DNA from: Antedon mediterranea
Lineage: Eukaryota; Animalia; Echinodermata
DNA length: 64,000 nucleotides
Assembly: GCF_964355755.1 (NCBI RefSeq)
Contig: NC_092670.1
Location: forward strand, 13,750,795-13,814,794
Reading direction: 5' to 3'
The notes below the pieces were generated by a model. It searched no databases and was not told the origin of the DNA. It was given only the letters and a program-made list of their open reading frames with translations. The position numbers and the translations under genes are program-made. Below, in pieces: positions 53,907 through 64,000 of the stretch (positions are counted from its first letter, which is position 1; each line of letters starts with the position of its first letter).

Positions 53907-54607
53907 ACGTAATTAACAAAGTTTTGTATATATTGGTATGAAAATGTAAATAATGTTCCAAACAAAATATAACTTGTAAATTTATATTAATTAAATAGAT
54001 TTAGTCCAAATGTACAGTGTGTTATTGTTGAATATCGTCAGTGAACACCATAAATAGACACAACAGTGTTTCTGATAATCATGTATATAGTAAGCATTTT
54101 CGTACGCTTAACAATAGTCATTGTGGTGTAGGCGATGAGGGTGGGTTTCAAGAAGTGAAATGTTATTGTAATGTTTTGTATGAAAACGCGGCTGTTGTGC
54201 GTCGATTGTTATCTATAATTCCATATACACATTCATGAAATCATTAGAGGTCTATAACTAATAATATTATAATAGGGAGCTTTCGATTTGGGACGATTTG
54301 GTATCTAGGCTACACACTGTGTATTTATTATACTGTATAATATTCTTCTGTCAAAATTAGGATTTGATTAATTTTTTCAGATTTATTTTTGTTCCTAAAA
54401 TGTCTTTAATTTTACTTTTATTTATTATGTATATGTTTTTTCCTTGATAAGACTGTTTGTAAAGACTATGCTTAATAACAGTTAACAAATACATACACAC
54501 AGTGGTTTTACATTTCTTCGTTAATTTAATTTTTACATTCAAAAAAATAAAACGTCAACCATTTAATGATATACCTTTTATATACAAGGAGTTTCCGTTA
54601 AATCAAA

Positions 54608-54612
<5 letters not shown>

Positions 54613-54694
<82 letters not shown>
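54613..54694. repeat. (TA)n microsatellite
   Basis: About 40 TA units. Confidence 0.97.
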
Positions 54695-54697
<3 letters not shown>

Positions 54698-57433
54698 ATA
54701 CTTGTATTCTTATAATCTTCAAATGTATTTGCAATTTAATATTTGTTTTTCACAAACACTTTTATTTTTTATTGCTGAGAGTGTTTACACAGACTACCAA
54801 GGAGATATTTACATTATAATATGTAAGAATATTTTAATTTGTTTTATTTTTATTATTTATTCAGGAATATAAAACACATTTACAAAATATAAGTGTGTTA
54901 AAAAGGTCAGTAAGTATAAGCCACTGTCACCAAACTGAAGGTGTGTGTACTTTTCTATTAGACTGGTCTGTTCGGTTTTTTTTTTTTTTGAATTAACACA
55001 GTTTATGCCATGTTTATGTTTTAGTGAACGAAAACTATATTTTTAATACACACCTAAGCTGATTTAACATACGTTCTTACTAAAGGTTTACAAAACTATC
55101 AGGCAAGGCAACATGTAAGGATTTTTTTTATCGAACGACTCCAATTTTCATTTAGAATTTTTGATAGCATCACGGCATTAACAAAAGAGAAACTTACAGT
55201 ATTATTTAAATATTAAAGATAACGCACACTAAACATTTTTAAACTTTTAATATTTTTGTTATGAGTTTCGTTAATATTTTTTTGATTAATATTTTTTTTT
55301 TAATAATTCCGTTTTTGGGTGTGAATTTAAACAGTTTTAGATACAGTAGTTTCAAAGAGGCATTGAATTAAATTAATTATTAATATTTTTAACTGTAGCT
55401 AATATTTACATTATTTGTAGACGTGTATTATGGTTATTATTTTATATTATGAAAGCATAATGGGCATTATTGAGGAACAAACGACGGTAATATATTTTTA
55501 ATTGTAACCCACACTAAGATAAAAAAAAATTATTTAACATTTTTGTTATCAAGTTTGTTATATTTTTCGATTTATAGTCATTTCAAAGGCGTTTAGTTGT
55601 ATCGTAATAAACAGATATTTTAAACAGTTAAAACAGTTATCGTGTATGCTTTTTTTATTTGAGTCTATATGCCCTCATGTCTCGACAGATTTCCATAGAG
55701 TGGATCAGTTCACTATTTTTACTAAAATATATGTACAGTGTTCCAGAACAACCCACTAGGCAACCGTGCTTACCGTATTATGTGCGTAAGCCTAAACAAA
55801 AAACAGCAATTTATGGGGATTATTTTACATACCGTATTAATTTTTCATCTATAATCAAATAAATAATCCTCTCGCCCATTAATATACAAATGCTGCATTG
55901 AGAGGGCGCTATGCATTGTTACTGAACTCTACTCTACAAGACAGTCGGGTAACCAACCTTCACCATCGACAAGCAACCTGTTGGCATTTTGAAAACAGTA
56001 GGCCTAAAATGCTGTGTTTGTGAATCTGACGATAATTCACTTATTTATCAGGGTATTTAGTTGTTCTATTTTTGTTTTATATTGTGGAGATAATTATTGA
56101 ATTGTTGGGTCACGGAAAAGGGACGAATGCCATAGGCCTACACGATGTTCAAGATAGGAATTTATGCATGATGTACCGCCGTAGCATGGCCAACATTCCT
56201 AAAATCGACAAGAATACATGAACGTTATTATCAAATATACAATCATGAGGTCGGATTTAACGAGATTTAGAGTGTACAGCCCGAAGTTTATGAAATTTGC
56301 AATGGACGAACATAACTAACAATGGTAAGTTGAAATAAATTTACATTTATTTTTAGTATGAAACGTTTTTTTTTTTCAATCTACGTACTAATTAAATTTA
56401 TATAAACTATATATATATATATCAGTTAGTGGTGCTAAGTCAAGAAAATTGTATTTTCTGTATACAGAAATGCATAATACCCGTGGTTAAAATGCATGGC
56501 ACTAAATTTCACTATAGCAACTACATTAAAACATCAGAATAATATAGAATAATAGGCCTAAATTTCAAACGTATGGAAGTTATTTGTAAAATAGAACAAA
56601 ATGTTACCAAAGATGGAGGTTAAATTACAAGTTAGGCCCATCAACACCACCGGGACATCTGTTTCAGAATAACCATCCAATTTATAACGTTCAACTAATG
56701 GTGTTCGTAAAGCATGAAAGTGTAAGATAAAGTATAATACACTGTGCACGTAATGTGAGCGAGGAGAGATGTGTTTGTATCGCAGAATCGCCACAGTGGA
56801 GCTTGACATTACAGGAAATTTGCTTTTGAATACATTTTTTTAGCCTTAGAATACCCACACACCGTACTAATACTATACGGTAGTTATTATTCATAACTAC
56901 TAAAACGTAACATATGTAATTCATATCACACAATTCATTTGCTGTGACCCGATTCTGAAACCGTTACTAAATTTCTATAGGGATAGACATATATTTCACC
57001 GTTGCGCAGTTGTGATGTAGTATGCCTATATGGAATGGATACTGTTTATCATTAGTCAACTCAGGAGCACAGTCCCCCTGGTCAACATGAGTGACGAGAG
57101 TGATGAATGAGAATGTCACATAGTCACACATGGGTCACACACAGTGTCCGTTTGTAATTCCAAAATTTATATTAACCTTTTACGAGTTTTGAGTATAACC
57201 TACTAAAATACATATCCAACCTTCTACATTATTTTACATGATCACAATCTGAAAGCAATGGGATTATATGCCATGATTCATAATTCGATGTAAAAATAAT
57301 TGTAAGTCAGAGCATATTTACAGTAATTTAAATGTATGAACTATTGATATGGTTCACTGGATACCATAGCAAAGTCGTTCGCTATTTCAATAGGCTATTA
57401 CGTCATAGTATTATGATGTACACGTTATAATCT

Positions 57434-57443
57434 GGAATTTCCC
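57434..57443 (-). promoter_or_regulatory. Candidate NF-kappaB site GGGAAATTCC upstream of the RLR
   Basis: Perfect match to GGGRNWYYCC, ~340 bp before the RLR ATG; function untested. Confidence 0.4.
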
Positions 57444-57785
57444 ATGTTGGGCGATACCACTATCCTTGAATATACAGGGATTAAATACATATCGTAATGT
57501 TCATACATTATAACTGTGTATAAGCCATGGCTGAGCAGTTTATAGATTGGTTTATGTTATGTATTTAACATTTGTCAATAAGTATATACATGATACATAA
57601 ATTGTCTTTGTAACACAAAATATGCATACGTTAGCTTATATTTACCTGCTGTTAAAATGCATTGTTCCAAAGATATGAATAGATAGTTGGAAATTACAAC
57701 ATCGATTCATATATTGTAGTTATGCGATATCTTTTTACTGTAATAGGCCTATCCAGGTTTGGTATGCTAAAATCTATGTATAATT

Positions 57786-58059
57786 ATGGCAAAATCAACA
57801 ACAGGAAAGATTTCGGGGTTCACTAAGGCTCTTGTTGGAATAAACAAAGAATTAACAGAAGCGAATGTGCGTGATTTGAAAGATATATGCAGTTTAAGCG
57901 ATCTTCTAGATGAAGACGAGTTGCAGTCTGTAACTTCTGCCCTGTCCCTGTTTAGGGTGTTACATGTCTCGCAGGAAAATACTCTAATTCTAGAGGAATT
58001 GCTTTTAAACATTGAGCGGGCAGATCTGATTTCCAAGTATCTGAATGCAACTACTACAG
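57786..58059 (+). CDS. RLR exon encoding a death effector domain (death-fold)
   Basis: FTKALVGINKELTEANVRDLKDIC...SALSLFRVL...LEELLLNIERADLISKY matches the DED pattern including the E...RxDL triad; donor AG|GTGG in phase 1. Confidence 0.8.
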
Positions 58060-61000
58060 GTGGCTATTTTTTTCATTTATATGCCTAACCCGGTCTAAAT
58101 TAACTACTAATGTAGGCCCTATAATTATATATGGTTATTTTCTAGATAATTATATTATATATATATGTGTGTTATATATATTGTTATTATTATTATCATT
58201 ATTATCAAGTACCGTAGGCATATCATATTGCTTTTCTATTAATTATGGCATATATTTAGATTAGATGAAATCATCATTTATTCATATTAGCCACCGTCTG
58301 TACAATTCTAGTTAGGATACCAGTATCAATTGAAACGAAATGAAGGAATATTTATGTGGAATTGAATGCTAATAAACAGTATAAAAGCATGTGTTGACAT
58401 AGAAGACTCGAAACTGGATCAACATTAAAAGATGTTACTACTGTACTTCCATTTCCACCAATAATAGCATATACTATACCCTATCAAATCATCGTTATAT
58501 ATTATTTTTTTTAGACAAACTACCACCAGTAGCTACTAAACAGTTGGAGACCAGATCAACTGACATTTCTTGTATTGATATGAAAGATGATGTGTCATCT
58601 GGTCTAGGCCTAAGAGAACTTGACGGTACCGAATCAAGTCGATATCCTGCCGATATAACAGTCGTCGGCAAATCCACGCCTTTCCGAGCTTCACCTACAA
58701 GGGAAGATAGGCCTACAGCATCGGATGCTTCACCCGATTTTAATCCAGACGAAGAGAAGCATGAGTTGCGTGATTATCAGAAAGAACTGGCACGACCTGC
58801 ATTAGAAGGAAATAATACAATAATATGTGCTCCGACTGGATGTGGAAAGACAATAACTGCAGCTGAGATATGCAAACATCATCATGACAACCATCATGAT
58901 CCAAAGAAATTTAAGGCGCTGTTCATTGTCAATATCCGTCATCTCACAAGTCAGCAGAGAAAAGCCTTTGAAACCCATTTTGACATGAGGGATCTTGGGG
59001 CTCTAAAAGAAATGGAGACACTAGAAGCTGTTTTACAAATTAAAAAAGTTGTCATGATAACCGCCCAGATATTAGTAAACGCTTTGGAGAGAAAGGATGT
59101 AGAATTATCATTCTTCGACATGCTTATTTTCGATGAATGCCATCACACTACTCTTAACCATCCATACAATACGATCATGCGCAATTACCTTCTTAAAAAG
59201 AAGGAAGGATTAAGCCGTCTGCCGTTTATTCTTGGTCTAAGCGCTTCTCTCGGAGTTGGAGAAGACGGTGATGCAGCAAAGCATATCGTCACACTGTGCG
59301 CCAACATGAACGCCAATTGTGTTTCGCACGTTCGTGAACATCTCCAAGACCTTGAAGACCATGTTCGCACACCAGAAGACGACAAAATATGCATAGTTAA
59401 TCCTCGACCTGCTAACGATAAGTTCAGAAACATAATTGTAGATATTATGAATGATCTAGAAGCTATGCATGTTGGAGATTCTCGACATGAAAAGGGAACA
59501 CAAGAGTACGAAAACTGGATCATCCAGCGACGAATGGATGCTGAGAAGTTACATGATCGTCAGGAAACCGTTATTGCTGGTTATTTGCTGGCTTTCAATA
59601 ACGCACTTGTGCTATACGACAACACCAGAGCCATTGATGCCATTGGACTCTTAGACGGCTACTTTAATGAGAAACGTTCTATTGCCAAAGAACACATTGA
59701 TCCTGAGGCTGATCTAAGAGAAGACTACGAAGATAACCATGAAAGCAAGTTAAGAGATATTGCTAAAAAAGAAACAACGAATAATTGTCCAATGCTTAAA
59801 AAATTAACAGAACTTTTGAAGATGATTTTCACTAAAAAACATGAATCAAAAGGTATCTATTATTATATTATAGTATATCTTTATTTTTAGTTCTTTTGTC
59901 ATGCTATTTATGGCTATTATTATATTATAGTATTTCATATTTTAAGTTCCTTTATCATGCTATTTATGGTAGAACCACACTGTGATTCTTCTGATAACAT
60001 TTGTAAATTACAAATTATGCCTAATTATGTTTATACTTTAGGAATAATTCTTTGTCGTACAAGACAAATAGTACAGAGTATAACCGATTTCCTGAAGCAA
60101 GAAGAAGCACTAAAAAGGTACAACATCAGACCTGATTATCTAGTTGGGCAAGGCAAGGCTGAGAACACGATGAATGAAACCGAGCAGGCCAAGGTTTTAA
60201 AGCGTTTCAAAGGTATAGCAGATTATAAACCTTAAACCAGTTACCGTACATATTAACGTGTAGCTTACATCGGCATTGACTTTCCACCAATAGAGGTTTT
60301 AACAGGTCCACTCAAATCAAAAAGTTCCCACTGTATCGATAAATTGAAAAGTTCTAATTGTATCGACGTAGTATTAGGCAGGAAGCTGAGGTGGATTTTT
60401 GTTTCATTTCGTGACCACCAGAAAGGGATTTGACCAAATTGACATGATTATTACTAAATATATATAATAAAAGTATTGTGAGTTTTCACAAACATATTGC
60501 TTGCACATTAGTTTACAATCTCATTTTTAAAACTGATAAAATAGTTTTTTACAACCTCGTACACTACAGCCAATCAGAAACATCGTATAAGCACCTGCTT
60601 GGTTACTTCTTGTATTGACCAATCAGAGATGATGTTTGGGCATAGTGCAGAGTAAAGATGGCAGCTTACATGTCAGATGGGGATCACCATTTGCGATGTT
60701 TTATGTGCATTTTTCCAAGCAAAAAGTCTTCAGTAGTAAAATTTAATGACAAGACATGGCCAAAATTTTTAGAATATGTCACCAAATGGAAAAATTTAGA
60801 AGGAAAACAAGCAGAAATTGCCAGAAATTACATCGCGAAATGTCAAGGCCTGCAAGTGCCAACAACCATCATGCAAGACGAACAAGGTTCAATCTAGGCT
60901 AGGCCTAGTACTAGTAGTAGGCCTGCTGTGTGTTGAATTCCTATATGTGCTGGCTTTCATCAAGTTTGTTATTCTAGGTTTACTGACAAGCAGAGAGTTG

Positions 61001-64000
61001 AGAGAGTGCAAAAGAAAGTACAATTTGAAGCTAGCATTGGTAAGTTGATAAATATAAAAATTAAAATATTAAATTATTATTATAATATTATTAGGCCTAG
61101 GCTAGCCTATATTAATTAATAATATAGCATGCCCTACCAGTACTAGTAGTAGTGGGCTAGTAGTAGTAGTATAGGCCTAGCCTAACTAAGCTAATATTAC
61201 TATTAATTAGGCCTACTAGTACTACTGTCTGTAATATACCTAGCCTAGGCTAGAGAGAGGCCTAGCTTGGATTGTTATATTTTATTACGTTTCATATTAA
61301 AAGTGCTTTCCTTTAAGTAGACCCCTGGCCAATAAAAAAAAAAAATTGTTAGATGTTTTAGCTTGCCAATCCGCTTAAGATGATTTTAAATTAAACCGAT
61401 GGTAATTGTGCAAAAATGTATACTTGTTATTTTGACTCCTGGCCATTTGTTCATAGTATATAAATATGTTTATGCTTTTGATAACTTATAATTAAATTAC
61501 TGAAAATCTAAAGCATAATAAGCAGTTATTAAAAAGTGTACACTTTTGCTACAGTGGTGAACTATTGGCAAATATAAAGCCCATTGTTTATAAAAGATAC
61601 AGTATATTATGGTCATGCAAATCATTAGTAATGTTATCACCTTCTATTAATTTTTGAAATATTAATTGTATGTTATTGTACAGAGATATTATAGTGATAT
61701 CTCTATTTTTTATTGTATGCTTTAGCATCAACATCAACTAATGAATCTGCTATCAACATGGAAGAGACAGATGATGGTATTTCTCGACCACCACCAATCA
61801 AAACACGATGTCTACGTTCAAGCACAGATTTATTCAAAAGTAAAGGCAAAGCCAGGTCGCACTGTGTATTGCCAAGCATCTGTGTTCTTTATTATTCTGT
61901 GTAAAAAAGACAAAAGCATCACTTGTCGAATAACAAGAAAAAGTGTTCGATAATGATAATAGAAGCACGTAATCTAGTTCAGGCAGCCAAAGACAACAAC
62001 AACACTGAACTACTTCTTAAAATTCAAGGTAAAGACTGTGTTGCTATCGAAGTGCAATACCACCCTACTTGTTATAAGAACTTTACTCGGTATTTGGGTA
62101 AGCCCAATGAAGCAAGTACTTCTCTGGACACAAAATATTCTGAAGCGTATGATGTATTTTGTACCACAGTAAAAACAAATATTATTGACAAAAAGGAAAT
62201 TTACAGGCTGACAAAACTCAATCAATCAAACAGATAAAGACTTCCTAGATAAACAATTGCTTCATGAAGAAATGTACAATATAACTGATACAGGAACAGA
62301 CACAGATGTGCCCAACGTTGAAGATCATCACAGACATAATACACCTTACACCATGAAAGAATGTAATGACAGTACCTCCAGAGACGCATCTGAAGATTCT
62401 AGCAATTTCCCAAGACATTGTTTACCCCCTACCCCATTATTGTCAACGATTACTAATGACGAACAAGTTTATTTATAATGCACAGCATATTCAATTTTGA
62501 AAAAATGTTAAATTCAGTTTTCTTATTTATTGTGTCTATAGGTTTAAGAAAACATTAGTTTGCATAAGATATCTTGTACTTTTGTGTTTAAAATTGAAAT
62601 TTATAAGCTAATTTAGAAGAAATTGCATTTTTTATTAAAGGTCAGTGACCGTTTGACCTCTGAAGATGTCAATAAATGTTGAATTCATTTTTTAAAAGGT
62701 ATATTACAATTAGGCAATCTATACACTACATACAGAAAAATGCAAATCTGTTAAAATTGTAAGTTATTCACAAAAATGTTACCCCCTACCCCATAATTGT
62801 AAATGATTACAAATTACTAAAAACAACAAATTTCTTCATAATACTTAGCATATTCATTTTTTGTTAATCTTTAATTTCAATTTTCTTGTTTATTGGGTCT
62901 ATATGTTTATGAAAACATCAGTTTCCATAATATCTATTGTATTTTTTTGTTAAAGTTAGAAAAAAATTCATTTTTTTATTAAAGTTCAATGACCTTCTGA
63001 CCTCTAATGTTGTCAATATTTGTTGGATTTATTTAGAAAAATATATTAGGCTTAAGCGGTCTATACACTACATTCTGATACCAAGAAAATGTAAATCTGT
63101 TCACTCAATCCCAAGTTATTAGCAAAAATGTTACCCCCAACCCAAAATTTTGTGTTGCATATTTTCCGTAGGCGGTGTTATATAATCTTAAAAAATGACT
63201 ATTAAGCTGTACAATTGGCATTGCTATCATGGATTTCTGAAAAGTAGACATGCTAAGCTTTCCAAAAATGTATGATAGCATTTGCCACCAATTTGATACT
63301 GAAAAAATGTCTGGCCCATGTCTGCTATGTATGTATAGATATACTTACATAGACAGTTTCATTATAATATGTGTTTTTGATGGTTCATGCTGTAATTACA
63401 GGGTAATTGGTTTATTTTATAGCTTTTAAAGTTCATTAATTGTATTTCTGATGCAAGAAAACATATAATTAGACATCAAAATCACAGAAATCTAATAATG
63501 TTTTCTGTATATTTTGCATATGATAAAGATAAAAGTTCGTTGACCTTTGAACATTTTTGGTGATAACACCCTCATGTACGATTTGATGCATACCAACCTA
63601 TATATTTTTGGATTCTTTGCATCCAGCCGAGTATTTTGATATATAATTTACCATAAATGGACTATTTTTCATATTTGACCTTAATTGACCTTAAAATTAG
63701 CCGTTCTCGCTAACGAACAAGTTTTGAGCTTGTGAAAAATAATATGTTGTTCGTATGATCCTAACTGCTCCATCATACAAAAAATTACGAAATCCCTAGG
63801 TGGTGGTCACGAAATCGAAAAACTAAGCATATAAAATGCCTATGGCCTGTTGTCTATATTGTTCTTCCTCTAATTATTGTTTTATAAATAAGATGTACGG
63901 TACCCTTTAAATCTTGCTCGTTTATATTACTGTGTCTGTTATTTATTATTTCAGATGAAAAAATCAATATTCTTGTTGCCACTGACATAGCACAAGAAGG
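57786..64000 (+). CDS. RIG-I-like receptor (DExD/H RNA helicase) with N-terminal death effector domain; 3' part beyond window
   Basis: Exons 57786-58059, 58515-59852, 60042-60212, 63955->64000, all phase-1 junctions. LRDYQKELARPALEGNNTIICAPTGCGKT (Q motif/Walker A, closely resembling RIG-I), IFDECHH, LGLSAS, GTQEYENWI (Hel2i), GIILCRTR, LVGQG, ILVATDIAQEG. Confidence 0.93.
58515..59852 (+). CDS. RLR linker + Hel1 + Hel2i exon
   Basis: poly-T AG acceptor in frame with the 448-aa ORF; motifs Q, I, Ia, II (DECH), III (SAS); donor AG|GTATC. Confidence 0.95.
60042..60212 (+). CDS. RLR Hel2 exon (GIILCRTRQ...LVGQG...MNETEQAKVLKRFK)
   Basis: tttAG / AG|GTATA; helicase motif IV region. Confidence 0.92.
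60375..63856 (+). mobile_element. Internally deleted Academ-type transposon in an RLR intron
   Basis: TAG...CTA ends with TAT on both flanks; subterminal IR ATTTCGTGACCACCA / TGGTGGTCACGAAAT; N-terminal peptides homologous to those of element 46540-49970. Confidence 0.8.
60658..62237 (+). pseudogene. Academ transposase N-terminal remnant (intron-containing)
   Basis: FNDKTWPKFLEYVTKWKNLEGKQAE and FHQVCYSRFTD match FTETKWKTFLMCTKSWCNLSGNQKE and HKK/CYQYFTD at ~46965-47128; DCVAIEVQYHPTCY motif; GTAAGT donor at 61040. Confidence 0.75.
63955..64000 (+). CDS. RLR Hel2 exon, partial (DEKINILVATDIAQEG)
   Basis: tttcAG acceptor; motif V (ATxxAxEG); truncated by window end. Confidence 0.9.

Noticed and set aside
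53528-53965. Antisense ORFs over the GPCR tail (also 57767-58036 and 59185-59523 over the RLR)
   Set aside because: Shadow ORFs of real + strand coding exons.
55829-56330. Possible decayed Tc1/pogo transposase fragment or upstream RLR exon ending ATG|GTAAGT
   Set aside because: Multiple stops, no clear motif or TIR pair; splicing to the AG at 57756 meets a stop before the RLR ATG.
58544-59890. Dicer or FANCM helicase
   Set aside because: TIICAPTGCGKT, LGLSAS.G and GTQxYExWI plus an N-terminal death fold fit RLRs better.

Overview
AT-rich (roughly 30-33% GC by eye) animal genomic DNA, probably from a marine invertebrate deuterostome such as an echinoderm (inferred from repeat and gene content). 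I reconstructed two spliced + strand genes by reading GT-AG exons. The first is a class B1 (secretin/PTH-receptor-like) GPCR with 11 coding exons from 28923 to the stop at 53906; its start/signal-peptide exon was not found. The second is a RIG-I-like DExD/H helicase starting at 57786 and running off the window, whose N-terminal exon encodes a single death effector domain (DED) instead of CARDs. Almost all other listed ORFs are spurious. The rest is transposon material: four Academ-type DNA elements (TAG...CTA ends, 3-bp TSDs), one of them a foldback with ~1.5-kb arms inserted 1 bp inside another's terminus; Helentron/DINE-like elements, one carrying two tRNA-Val(AAC) copies; Harbinger-like MITEs; a tRNA-derived SINE; tiny CA...TG palindromes resembling P-element excision scars; and a strongly over-represented TAGGCCTA octamer that can be seen arising by insertion at TA.
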